Sequence record: MK308675.1
Length of the DNA stretch: 64,000 nt
Strand: one strand, 5' to 3'
Part shown: positions 9,332-18,454 of the stretch, one piece after another
Layout of the letters: each line of letters begins with the position of its first letter
Numbering within the stretch: the first letter of the stretch is position 1
The notes under the pieces: model-generated
Database searches by the model: none
What the model was told of the DNA's origin: nothing
What the model saw: only the letters and a program-made list of their open reading frames with translations
Program-made: the position numbers and the translations under genes

Positions 9332-10936
9332 TTAAGACAAGTCCCTGATGTTCTGACGCCACGGTTCGAATTCATCTCGGAAGATGAAACGTCCTTCGTT
9401 GTCAACTGGAGTAAATGGATTCAAAGAACCACGTCCCGACGGAGATGCCTTCGTAATGAATGCCCAGCTACAACAGTCAATCATACTGTCGTGCAGTTCA
9501 AACATTGGGTCGGTCATTTCTGAGGACTTCGACTTACCACCACTGCGAGAAGGAATGTGAACAACACGGCCAATCTTAAATAGCTTCTGGTCGGTTGTAG
9601 ATTCAATTACCTGAATCTCTGGATGTCCCGAAGCGATTGTCATCATAATCTTCGGTTTCCATTCACGGTCTAGCTGTCGGTCAATATTGTCTGGTTTCAG
9701 TCTCGCTTTAGCTTGACGCTGAATCGAGAACATGATGTTGAACAACATAGAGCGCACCGGGTACATGACTTCTTCTACAACAGACAGTCGCTTGTTACGC
9801 ATATCTGCAACATTGTTAGAGATTGTCATGTTAGAGAAGTTCGCCATAATGAAGAAGAACAATTCGTTAATCTCCTGCACTTCGATGTTCTGAGCACGTA
9901 GCTTGCGCTGCACTGAACGGTCTAGGTACTGGTGAATTGAATCTAGGTGTTCTTCGACATGTTTGATGGCGTCACGTTCTTCAACTGTTTTCCAGATGAA
10001 TCGAGAAAGCACACGCTTCCACATGAACGGGTCATCAAACTCAGTATAGTCGTAGAACTCTTCTACCCCACACATATCGGTAATATAGAAGATAGAACCG
10101 ATTGCACTCTTAAGAACGCGGTTATTGTAGTCTTCGCGAGGAATCGCTACGCGTAGCCGAGGTGGCTCATATGAACCAGCCGCAATACGACTGCGTGGTC
10201 GCGTACCTGCTGAACTACAGATTACCCATTCACTTTCAGGGAAGTCGACATCGTTTATGGTATCGTCCGTACCGTAAATGATTTCCGTGTTAAAGTAACG
10301 ACGGAATGTCTCAGATAAACCGTGTTCTGCTAGAATGTAGTTTAGTATCTGAGGATGTCGAGTCTTAGGGGCTTCATTCTTTTTGGAATGATGGAGTTTA
10401 GCCCAGTAGTAGTCAATGCTTTCAGTACAGCCATCTGCCAGATAGTAGAACGCTTGACGGTTGAATGTCAGGCGAGCACGTGTAACCGGCATAAAGATGG
10501 AACCGTCTTCAATGGAGAAGAGATGGTCTGTTAAGGTTGGTACCGTATGGTAACGAGAATCGCGCAATAGGAAACAACCATGGCTATCGAAGTATGGTAT
10601 TTCCAAGAAACGCGTCTTAAGCGGACGCCCTTCGAACTTCAGTAAGACTTTAATCATGCGATAGTCATTACGTGCAATTTCAAAGGTGCGTTTATTGCTC
10701 ATTGGTCTCGTATGTTCTGCTAGTCGCTCATAAGGAGTAACCGGCAACCAACCTGCATAAGTAATGCCCGTACCAGATGCCTCTAATGTACGGGACCAAA
10801 TACGTAAGACTTCGTGAACGTAATTCACAAACTTCTTACTCTCTTCTCCTGCAAAGCCTTGAACCACTTTCTGTTCGAACTGCGGCATTACTTCATCCAT
10901 TAGGTCAAGTAAGTCCGGGTCGATTTGTTCAATCAT
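9332..10936 (-). CDS. Non-virion RNA polymerase beta subunit, N-terminal part (phiKZ gp123-like)
   Basis: 534 aa. Aligns by eye with phiKZ gp123: LEIPYF...RDSRY..VPTLTD..FSIEDGSIFMPV, KRLSVVEEV, and the C-terminal SPSGRGSLNPF corresponding to NPDGRGRLNMY. Confidence 0.85.
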   Translation of the reverse strand: MIEQIDPDLLDLMDEVMPQFEQKVVQGFAGEESKKFVNYVHEVLRIWSRTLEASGTGITYAGWLPVTPYERLAEHTRPMSNKRTFEIARNDYRMIKVLLKFEGRPLKTRFLEIPYFDSHGCFLLRDSRYHTVPTLTDHLFSIEDGSIFMPVTRARLTFNRQAFYYLADGCTESIDYYWAKLHHSKKNEAPKTRHPQILNYILAEHGLSETFRRYFNTEIIYGTDDTINDVDFPESEWVICSSAGTRPRSRIAAGSYEPPRLRVAIPREDYNNRVLKSAIGSIFYITDMCGVEEFYDYTEFDDPFMWKRVLSRFIWKTVEERDAIKHVEEHLDSIHQYLDRSVQRKLRAQNIEVQEINELFFFIMANFSNMTISNNVADMRNKRLSVVEEVMYPVRSMLFNIMFSIQRQAKARLKPDNIDRQLDREWKPKIMMTIASGHPEIQVIESTTDQKLFKIGRVVHIPSRSGGKSKSSEMTDPMFELHDSMIDCCSWAFITKASPSGRGSLNPFTPVDNEGRFIFRDEFEPWRQNIRDLS

Positions 10937-10993
10937 GGAGTTTCTCCGTTGTCGTGCCTACAGTTGATTTGTGTGTACGGTAAATAAAGTCAA

Positions 10994-12445
10994 CTAATCT
11001 TCTTTACCGACTCCTAGTGCCGTTAGTACAGCGGCGATGCCACCAATAACAATACCAATGAGTGCTTTCTGAACTGCTGCGTTAGTAAAGAATCCTGCAA
11101 CCACGTTAGTGATGTTGCGTAGCTTACCACCCTTACGGTCTTCTTCAGCTTTCTTATACTTAGCCAGTTCCTTCTTAACCTTAAGTAGTTCTGCTTCCAC
11201 TTCCTTTACTTGGTCAAGGTAAACGTTCACGCGTGCTTGGTCTTCTTCATCGAAGTAGTTGAGAGCGTCCTCTCGTCTTTCGAAGAATGGAAGATGCCAT
11301 TTAGCTCCGTCCTGCGCATTTACCATGATGCCTTTCTTAAGAAGTTGAGAAACATCTTCTACGCCAGAGAGAATCTCCTCGCCATATCCGTCATAAGTGT
11401 AAACCATGGCCATAGTGCTATCGTACGCCTCAGCATCGGTGCAATTCACTTTAGTAACGTGTTTGCCTATGCGAACGTAAACAGAGCCTGAGGAGCCCAC
11501 ACGCTTCGGAATGATAATCTTAATGCCTGTACGGGCCATATAGTTATCTGCTTCCGGGGATGCAAAGCTGAGAGCTTTATTGATAGCGTCTTGGTCGAAG
11601 GAGAAAGTAAGTCCGTGCTCTGGAACAAAATAGCCTTGGTGGGAGTACTTAACCAATCTAGGACTGATTGTGCTCCACAGTACGCAAGGCTTACGCTGAG
11701 AAAGAAGTTCTTCTGCTGTAGCGAATTCACTTTCTTCTTTTAAGTCGAAGTTAAAGTCTAGCAGTTCCTTATTTCTTGACGTACGAGCTTGATGGTCAAC
11801 TACACGAGAGAAACTAATGTCAGAATAGTTAGGGCCCTTCTCTAGAGTATCCTGGAATAGGAAGTCTAGGATGAACACTTCTTTTTCATCATGACGCAAT
11901 GCGTAAGTTAAAGAGTTCTTAGCATCGATTGCGTTTGCTTCACTGACAAAGTTATTGATTGCCTGTAGTTTGATATCCATCTCCGGATTGTCGATTACGT
12001 TAAAGGTTTCTGTAATCGTAACCCAGTCTTCGGACGTTACTCCCTCCCATCCCGCAGTCTCATATTGATGTCTGTGGTCACTATGAGGATTATGCCAATC
12101 GGAACGTTTTAGTTCACGGAATGGTTTTAAACGGATTGAATATTTACGACGAGACTTAGCAAAGTTAGTTACATCGTCTTCCCACTTATTGTGGACGCCT
12201 AATGCGTGATACAGCTGCTTAAGTATTCCCTCTCTATGTTTATCGTCTAAAGGTTTAATCTTCTCTACGATGCCGTCTGCGCGTGTTACGTAGATTGTTT
12301 TCTTAGTGTTGTTGATGATTGTCTTGCCAGAAACCTTAGGTGCGCCGAAGCCACCCTCAGGCCAACGTCGAATCTGGCAGACACTTAGTGAACGGCGGTA
12401 GATTGCCGGGATATCTTTGCGAGATATCATGTCATGTTGCATCAT
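10994..12445 (-). CDS. Hypothetical protein with C-terminal coiled coil and transmembrane tail anchor
   Basis: ATG 12445 is preceded by GGAGG. The C-terminus has EVEAELLKVKKELAKYKK followed by hydrophobic ALIGIVIGGIAAVLTALGVG. Confidence 0.7.
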   Translation of the reverse strand: MMQHDMISRKDIPAIYRRSLSVCQIRRWPEGGFGAPKVSGKTIINNTKKTIYVTRADGIVEKIKPLDDKHREGILKQLYHALGVHNKWEDDVTNFAKSRRKYSIRLKPFRELKRSDWHNPHSDHRHQYETAGWEGVTSEDWVTITETFNVIDNPEMDIKLQAINNFVSEANAIDAKNSLTYALRHDEKEVFILDFLFQDTLEKGPNYSDISFSRVVDHQARTSRNKELLDFNFDLKEESEFATAEELLSQRKPCVLWSTISPRLVKYSHQGYFVPEHGLTFSFDQDAINKALSFASPEADNYMARTGIKIIIPKRVGSSGSVYVRIGKHVTKVNCTDAEAYDSTMAMVYTYDGYGEEILSGVEDVSQLLKKGIMVNAQDGAKWHLPFFERREDALNYFDEEDQARVNVYLDQVKEVEAELLKVKKELAKYKKAEEDRKGGKLRNITNVVAGFFTNAAVQKALIGIVIGGIAAVLTALGVGKED

Positions 12446-12579
12446 GGTTATTACCTCCATCGCTTCCCCCGTGCACTGAGGAAGGACACCAGAATGTCTT
12501 ATAGCGAAATAAGCTTAAGCAAACGTACTTTGCTTATAAACATTCTAAAGTGAAAAAGAAAAAGTGGGTTATAGTGGTT

Positions 12580-12605
12580 TAGTCCTCATCCGAAGATAAG
12601 GACTA
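12580..12605. terminator. Hairpin with UUCG loop (minus) / CGAA loop (plus)
   Basis: tagtcct-c-atc cgaa gat-a-aggacta. The T-run lies on the plus side, so it may not stop minus-strand early transcription. Confidence 0.5.
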
Positions 12606-12613
12606 GGGTTTTT

Positions 12614-12973
12614 TTAAATCGGCAGTTGATAAGTATTACCGCGAGTAGTCTTAACCGTTGCTCGTGAGCCCGCAGGCGATAGTTCCAGAAGAACATCGTA
12701 GACGTTAGTCTTTACAAAGCCGGCAAGTTTTTGACTTCGCGAGATTTTCTCGCCAAGGTCAAGTGTAGCTAACGTTTCGTCGGTTGCAAAGCAAGTGTCG
12801 ATATTAGATACTTTGTCGAGTATCCATACGCCATTAGGGATGTTGTAGTATAACTTCATTGTTATGGTATGAATCATGGCGTGGCTTACCATACGCTGAA
12901 GACGCGGGCCCATATCGTTAATGAGGGCCGTTACTTGCTCGCGTTCAAGTTGGTCTAAAATAGAATCTTCCAT
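12614..12973 (-). CDS. Hypothetical protein, probably early-expressed
   Basis: 119-aa ORF starting about 40 nt downstream of a TATATTAC promoter. Confidence 0.65.
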   Translation of the reverse strand: MEDSILDQLEREQVTALINDMGPRLQRMVSHAMIHTITMKLYYNIPNGVWILDKVSNIDTCFATDETLATLDLGEKISRSQKLAGFVKTNVYDVLLELSPAGSRATVKTTRGNTYQLPI

Positions 12974-13010
12974 AAGGTTTACCTTTATTTATTATGAGAA
13001 TATCGTAAAG

Positions 13011-13030
13011 GTAATATAGGTTTTACTTTC
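13011..13030 (-). promoter_or_regulatory. phiKZ-type early promoter
   Basis: Minus strand GTAAAACC-TATATTAC-C (core 13011-13018), upstream of the operon that contains the nvRNAP beta gene. Confidence 0.8.
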
Positions 13031-13053
13031 GTTTGAAATAAAGAGCTTAGAAT

Positions 13054-13081
13054 CCCGCCGACCCCTAATGGAGTCGGCGGG
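13054..13081 (-). terminator. Terminator after the major capsid gene
   Basis: 9-bp GC-rich stem cccgccgac/gtcggcggg 36 nt after the stop codon. Confidence 0.65.
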
Positions 13082-13117
13082 CTCTAGGCAACTTTGTTTC
13101 TCTTATACTAAAAGAAA

Positions 13118-15241
13118 TTAGATTTCTTCAGTAAAGATACCATCCAAGTTTAGAACGTCGATGCGCGCTAGGATTGGACAAGTTACAGCGAATTCCTCGC
13201 GAGGCACTACGATTGTTTCGTTAGAAACAGCACCGTTACGAGTTACTTGCGCTTTGTGGATTAGTGAAGGCATGATTGGGTGTACACCGAATGTATGCGC
13301 ATCAGCACCGTCAACACCTGTACGACGTACAGATAGGTAAATCTTACCACGTAGACGGTCATCCAAGCTTGAAGCAATGTGGTAGTTACGGCCGTTACCA
13401 AGAGTACGGTTGTCACCGCTGTTCATTAGTAGGTTCGCAATTTGAGGGTCAGTACCAACAATTACTTCGAAGTTAGCTTGGCTACCAGTGAACATCTCTA
13501 GAGATGCTAGGTAACCTGAGTCTAGTAGCATCTTGTTAGCTAGCATTGTAACACCAGCAGCAAGAGCACCACGTAGCTCGTCCATTGAACGGCTAGAACC
13601 GAAGATTACTGTTTGAGTAACAACGTCTAGTTTACGCTCTAGGAATGTAGGTTTGATACCTGCAAGTGCACCGATAGCTGGTGAACCGTTTAGGATACCA
13701 TCAGTCGCTTGGATTTGCTCTTCTGTTTCTAGAAGTTTAGTAACAGCATCGTTAGAGCTACGTACGCGACGAATCATGTTCACAGCTTCCATTGTAGCCT
13801 GGTTACCAGGTACAGAAGTTGGAGCGATGATAGATAGTGGAGATTGCATGCGAGCAGGGATACGGCCACGGAAAGTATCAGATACGTCGATAACTGTGCC
13901 TAGTTCACGCATGTTTGAGTTGGTACGAGTAGCTTTAGGCTCGTAACCGATACCAGTGATACCAGCGCCGATTGCAGCTTCAAGAGCAGCTTGCTCAGTA
14001 GAACCAACTTGAACCTTACCGTTAACGTAAGCAGCGCCAACTTTAGCACCGTTGAAGTTAAGTTTAAGGTTACCTTGAACGTAAGAGAATAGACCACTTA
14101 CTTCAAGTTCTAGTTTGAATTGCCATGGGTCAGCAGCAGTTACACCAAGTGTAGTTGCAAGACCTAGAGCAGCTTCTAGTTTGTCACCAGCTACAGACTC
14201 GTCTGTAGATTTAACCCATACGTCGCCACGGAACATTACTTGTAGGTCGCGAGTTGAGCCTTCTTGTGTTGCTTGGAATAGAGCACCACGGTGACCGTCT
14301 AGGTTGATAGCTACTACTGCGTTGTTAGAACCGTTAACGATTTTAACGTAGTGGCGACCTAGAGACATTGCTGGGTCAACAGTATCAGTTTCGTCTTGTG
14401 CACCAGCGTTTAGAAGAGCTTCAGAAGTAGAAGCAGCTAGTAGGTCAACGTCTACGCCATATTTAAGAGGACGTACTTCTACGTTTTGACCGCCAAGAGT
14501 TACAGTACGGTTAGGTACATCTGAAGTCGCTACAAGGATACCAGCTTTAGCAGTAGTTGCGATAGGCATGATAGCTGTAGAGTGACCAGCAAGGATGTTG
14601 AAGTCGATTAGCGCGCGAACCGCAGATTGTTTCTGTAGGTCATATGCTGAACCGTTAGCGTTACGTGCTTTCTTAGTGTAGATTAGAGGGTTAGTCACGT
14701 CTACGTCAACACCGTTTTGAGTAGGTGCTAGTACAACTGTACGGAAGAAAGTTTCGCTGAATGGGTTTGATGCTGCCGCTAGTGCGTTAGCTACTACCGC
14801 AGTACCTAGGAAGCCTTCGAATTTGAAGTCGTCGTAGCCTTCCATTGAGATTTCAGTAGAGTCACCGAATACTCGAACGCCTTCACCAGCTTTCTTAGCG
14901 TGGATAACTGCGTCAGTGTAAGCAGCAGGGTCTTGGTATGCTAGAAGCGTAGTAGTCGCTGCGTCCATACCTGCTTGAACACATGGGTGCTCTTCGCTAA
15001 CACCTAGGTGCTTCGCTAGCTCTTCACGTAAACCTTTGTTTACTAGAGCTTCAATTACGCTTGCTTCTGTGTCAGCTAGGCGGATTTGTTTGTCGCCGCC
15101 AAAATCTAGGCTTTCGAAACCAACGATGTTTTGTACTGTGTCAGTACCCAGTTGAAACTCTTCCAGTTTGTGTGATGCATCGATTGCATCTGCGATACGA
15201 CTGAAAGGGGTTTGACCGCGTTTCTTGTCAAAAATAGCCAT
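13118..15241 (-). CDS. Major capsid protein (phiKZ gp120-like)
   Basis: 707 aa with strong codon bias. Propeptide ends in ISME|G (residue 134); the C-terminal IIVPRE..AVTCPILARIDV is typical of phiKZ-family MCPs. Adjacent to gp119-like and DnaB genes. Confidence 0.9.
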   Translation of the reverse strand: MAIFDKKRGQTPFSRIADAIDASHKLEEFQLGTDTVQNIVGFESLDFGGDKQIRLADTEASVIEALVNKGLREELAKHLGVSEEHPCVQAGMDAATTTLLAYQDPAAYTDAVIHAKKAGEGVRVFGDSTEISMEGYDDFKFEGFLGTAVVANALAAASNPFSETFFRTVVLAPTQNGVDVDVTNPLIYTKKARNANGSAYDLQKQSAVRALIDFNILAGHSTAIMPIATTAKAGILVATSDVPNRTVTLGGQNVEVRPLKYGVDVDLLAASTSEALLNAGAQDETDTVDPAMSLGRHYVKIVNGSNNAVVAINLDGHRGALFQATQEGSTRDLQVMFRGDVWVKSTDESVAGDKLEAALGLATTLGVTAADPWQFKLELEVSGLFSYVQGNLKLNFNGAKVGAAYVNGKVQVGSTEQAALEAAIGAGITGIGYEPKATRTNSNMRELGTVIDVSDTFRGRIPARMQSPLSIIAPTSVPGNQATMEAVNMIRRVRSSNDAVTKLLETEEQIQATDGILNGSPAIGALAGIKPTFLERKLDVVTQTVIFGSSRSMDELRGALAAGVTMLANKMLLDSGYLASLEMFTGSQANFEVIVGTDPQIANLLMNSGDNRTLGNGRNYHIASSLDDRLRGKIYLSVRRTGVDGADAHTFGVHPIMPSLIHKAQVTRNGAVSNETIVVPREEFAVTCPILARIDVLNLDGIFTEEI

Positions 15242-15291
15242 TTTAATTTATCTCCAGCTAGAGTTCGATAAAGTTTGTCTTTAAAAGACTG

Positions 15292-15795
15292 TTAACAATT
15301 CTTTAAATAGGTTCGCCATACTGGTGTTTGCATTACTGCGTCCAGATTAGGCAGGATATAAGAGAGAGCATTAAGTGCATTCTCAAGTGTACCCTTTTCG
15401 TTCGTTTCGTCTTCGAAGAAGACCAAGCATCCGTCAGCGCTTGCTACACAATTAAGCTTACGGAGTCGCTGGTTAGTTTCTTGAGGACTGACGCTGCCTT
15501 CACGCATGAAGACATCCCAAGCTTCGTCATCGTCCATTCGAACAGGATGAGGGTCGTCGTCACTAAAGAAAGATTTCGTTGTAAAGCCCATGTTAGAGAA
15601 TAGACTGTTACGTATCATTCGGTCTGTTTGAAATCTGATTAGTGCGACGTCTCGATATTCCAAGACATCTGCTAGGTTGGTCAAGCCTTCACTACCATCC
15701 AACTTAATGCCGTATGCCTTTAAGGCTTCGACGAAGGTCTGGTTAAGAAAGACAACATTCATAAGATATTTTCCTTTGGAAAGAAAAAAGCCCAT
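15292..15795 (-). CDS. Conserved virion-associated protein (phiKZ gp119-like by synteny)
   Basis: 167-aa ORF between the MCP and DnaB genes. The start could be the internal ATG (MNVVF). Confidence 0.5.
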   Translation of the reverse strand: MGFFLSKGKYLMNVVFLNQTFVEALKAYGIKLDGSEGLTNLADVLEYRDVALIRFQTDRMIRNSLFSNMGFTTKSFFSDDDPHPVRMDDDEAWDVFMREGSVSPQETNQRLRKLNCVASADGCLVFFEDETNEKGTLENALNALSYILPNLDAVMQTPVWRTYLKNC

Positions 15796-15912
15796 TTTCC
15801 CTACACTATTAGTTTATTTTAACATATGTCGTATTTTTTAGCCTGTGAAAAAATAGACGCAGTCAAAATACGATAGTTAAAACTTTACTAAAGTATTATT
15901 AGGAAAACAGAA

Positions 15913-17490
15913 ATGATTAATGAAAGTCCAAACCTAGTATTGGTTAAGGCAATAGTCGGTGAGTTTATTAACCGCACCTTGCCGCAGCCAAATGGTAAGC
16001 TTGAGACTGTCACGGATAAAGCACTGGCATTAGTTAAGATGCCTGCTGATACCATGGGCGACGGAAGCGAAGGAGAAATCGCTCACGCCCTCCGCACGAC
16101 ATTAGACTGGCTACGTACCCTACCAGAAGAAACTACTGTTAACCCAGTCGACTTAGTAGAGCGCGTGCGCATGAACTGCGCTTTCGGCTCTGACTATATA
16201 GATTCGCTAGAACGCCAGATAATCTTAGAGGACGATGCCTTTAAGAACGGTGAGCGAGTCAAGACTATTATTTCCGAATTGCAGTTCGCGTTGCGCAATC
16301 AGGAATTCTCCCAACTATTTAAAGACGCAAACAAACAAGTTAACTTTAATCGCGATGGTATTAATATTCGTGAGTTCGCTAAGCAGTTCACAGAGAACCT
16401 TCGTGAGTTTGAAAACGATGACCAATCTGCCGAGAAGGCTGGCTTTGGTGGCGGTCTTTCTACGGAAGACCTAGATAGCGTTGTAGAAGCACTACGTAAG
16501 TCTCAAGAGTACGTTTCCTCAGAAGGTGCTCTGAAAACAGGCCTTAAAGGTCTTAACAAGCTATTAGGCGGTAATGGCTACCGTCGAGGCGAGCAATTCA
16601 ACTATGGCGCGCTGACGCATAACTATAAGTCCGGTATCCTACTAGACCACTGTCGTTGGTTCTGTCGTCACAATACTCCTCACTTGTTAGACAAGAACAT
16701 GAAGCCGATGATTCTGCGTATCTCTTTCGAGAACAAACCAGAGCAGGACATCCCTCTTATGTACCGTTCTCTATGGGAGCAGGAGAACCAGAAGAAAGTA
16801 GACTTTGCTAAAGTCGACCCGCAGAAAGCCGCTAAGTACATCATCGACCGAATGAGCGCTACCGGCTTTGCTTTCGACATGAAGTGTTATGACCCGAACC
16901 AATTTGACGTTTGGGACTTAATCGATGTTCTTGCACAGTACGAGGCTAAAGGTTATGAAATCGCCGCAGTTATCATTGACTACCCTGAACTCATCACTAA
17001 GAAGTACACAGGTAAGTCAGCTAAGCGTACCGACGAAATCATCACGTATACTTTCGAAGTTCTACGCAACCATTGCTTCCCTCGAGGCATCACGCAAATT
17101 ACAGCGCACCAGCTTTCTACAGAAGCGCAGAAGCTAGCACGTGAAGGTACGTCTAACTTTGCTAAGAAAGTAGCGACTGGTTCGTACTACATGGGCTGCC
17201 AATCACTGGCAACGAAACTTGACGGCGAATGTATCTTACACATCCATAAAATCGGAGAAGAGTCTTTCCTTACCTTCGCTAGGGGAAAACACAGAGGTGG
17301 TGACCAGACCCCTATCAAACATCGCTCAATGGCGTACAAGTTTGAAGAGTTCGGCGGCATCTGTGACGACCTAGACGATGAGAGTGCTGACGGTAAAGCA
17401 CTTTACAGCTTCGCCGGTATCGATGGCGGCCATACTGAAGACGGCAGTGGAGACACTGGAGGTATGGTGATAGACTCGTCTGACTGGTAA
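15913..17490 (+). CDS. dnaB: DnaB-like replicative helicase (phiKZ gp118-like)
   Basis: TGLKGLNKLLGG.GYRRGE, variant Walker A GALTHNYKSG, ISFEN, Walker B VIIDY and ITAHQLS. Confidence 0.9.
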   Translation: MINESPNLVLVKAIVGEFINRTLPQPNGKLETVTDKALALVKMPADTMGDGSEGEIAHALRTTLDWLRTLPEETTVNPVDLVERVRMNCAFGSDYIDSLERQIILEDDAFKNGERVKTIISELQFALRNQEFSQLFKDANKQVNFNRDGINIREFAKQFTENLREFENDDQSAEKAGFGGGLSTEDLDSVVEALRKSQEYVSSEGALKTGLKGLNKLLGGNGYRRGEQFNYGALTHNYKSGILLDHCRWFCRHNTPHLLDKNMKPMILRISFENKPEQDIPLMYRSLWEQENQKKVDFAKVDPQKAAKYIIDRMSATGFAFDMKCYDPNQFDVWDLIDVLAQYEAKGYEIAAVIIDYPELITKKYTGKSAKRTDEIITYTFEVLRNHCFPRGITQITAHQLSTEAQKLAREGTSNFAKKVATGSYYMGCQSLATKLDGECILHIHKIGEESFLTFARGKHRGGDQTPIKHRSMAYKFEEFGGICDDLDDESADGKALYSFAGIDGGHTEDGSGDTGGMVIDSSDW

Positions 17491-17585
17491 TCAAAAAAAA
17501 AAATAAGGGGGCGTTAGAGTCCCCCATTGGAGAAACGAACCACGCGACGCCTTATCGCATCGGGATTCTTTTAAGGAGCTTTCCC

Positions 17586-17834
17586 ATGGACACATGTCCT
17601 TCTATTAATCATATTGACAATTCTGAATTTGAAGGTCTTCAAGAAGCCTCAGCTGAAGAAGTAAGTCTGTTTCAAATCTTAGATAACATCTCCACACTAG
17701 GAGACGTTCATAGGCCACGTGACGAAAAGAGCATGGCACAATATATTGCTGCGGTGCAAGGCGAGTTACGTAAAGTAAGTAAAACACATATAAGCGATGG
17801 CCATAAGGTATATCGCGTAGAACAGGAAAAGTAA
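17586..17834 (+). CDS. Hypothetical protein
   Basis: 82-aa ORF with an AAGGAG SD, co-oriented with the glutaredoxin gene. Confidence 0.55.
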   Translation: MDTCPSINHIDNSEFEGLQEASAEEVSLFQILDNISTLGDVHRPRDEKSMAQYIAAVQGELRKVSKTHISDGHKVYRVEQEK

Positions 17835-17838
17835 AGTT

Positions 17839-18078
17839 ATGTTAATTGCAATTTTTGGTCGTCCTAACTGCCCGTACTGTGATAAGGCAAAGGCCCTAGC
17901 TGAAGAACTAACGTCACAGGGTCACAGCTACATCTATAAGGACATTCAAAAAGAAAACATCTCTAAGGCTGAACTAGCACGTATCTGCGATAAGCCAGTA
18001 GAAACCGTCCCACAGATTTTCGTTAATGGTCAGCACATTGGTGGCTATACGGAAATGGAAGCTAAATTCAAAAGCTAA
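17839..18078 (+). CDS. grxA: Glutaredoxin (GrxA-like)
   Basis: 79 aa. IFGRPNCPYCDKAK (CPYC), TVPQIFV and HIGGY motifs. Confidence 0.95.
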   Translation: MLIAIFGRPNCPYCDKAKALAEELTSQGHSYIYKDIQKENISKAELARICDKPVETVPQIFVNGQHIGGYTEMEAKFKS

Positions 18079-18106
18079 AAAAAAAAATAGCTTTGCTAAT
18101 AGTTTA

Positions 18107-18127
18107 GAGGAGGCTGTTAACCTCCTC
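18107..18127. terminator. Terminator between glutaredoxin and the convergent small ORF
   Basis: gaggagg/cctcctc stem followed by cttttc. Confidence 0.55.
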
Positions 18128-18139
18128 CTTTTCGAGTGG

Positions 18140-18289
18140 TTACAAATCCGTCCTTTCTATACGTCTGTTGTGTTGAAGTTGAGCGAAGAAAAGTCGAGTT
18201 TTAACTTGCTCATGGGACATTTCTGTACCGTCGGAATTCCAGAAACCTCGTTTTGGTTCTGGTCTTTGTGTCTTCGATGCTGTTTGCAT
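18140..18289 (-). CDS. Small 49-aa hypothetical protein (MQTASKTQRPEPKRGFWNSDG...)
   Basis: Strong SD (AAAAGGAG) 7 nt before ATG 18289. The track's 88-aa GTG extension probably includes leader sequence. Confidence 0.55.
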   Translation of the reverse strand: MQTASKTQRPEPKRGFWNSDGTEMSHEQVKTRLFFAQLQHNRRIERTDL

Positions 18290-18363
18290 TGGTTGACTCC
18301 TTTTGTTCATCGCAGCCGGTGGTGACGGATGTGATGATTGGATTGATGCAGGATTGCAATAAG

Positions 18364-18381
18364 GCCATATAGGTCTTAAAA
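18364..18381 (-). promoter_or_regulatory. Variant early promoter
   Basis: Minus strand TTTTAAGACC-TATATGGC has the same architecture as the TTTTAAAACC-TATATTAC sites, with two core mismatches. Confidence 0.45.
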
Positions 18382-18417
18382 CATCAACAAAGTCAATAGA
18401 AGACACAGTATAAAGAT

Positions 18418-18449
18418 ATACTCCTACTCCTTTCGAGGAGTAGGAGTAT
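18418..18449. terminator. Terminator, member of a repeated hairpin family
   Basis: atactcctactcct TTCG aggagtaggagtat, a 14-bp perfect stem flanked by A- and T-rich runs. Confidence 0.8.
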
Positions 18450-18454
18450 TCTTT

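Noticed and set aside
17491-18090. Long A homopolymers at about 17493-17503 and 18077-18087
   Set aside because: They are intergenic or at a stop codon next to terminator hairpins and do not join reading frames. They most likely are terminator tails, with possible length error.
18026-18325. 99-aa plus-strand ORF overlapping glutaredoxin
   Set aside because: It runs through a terminator and an A-run. The minus-strand 49-aa ORF has the SD and promoter support.
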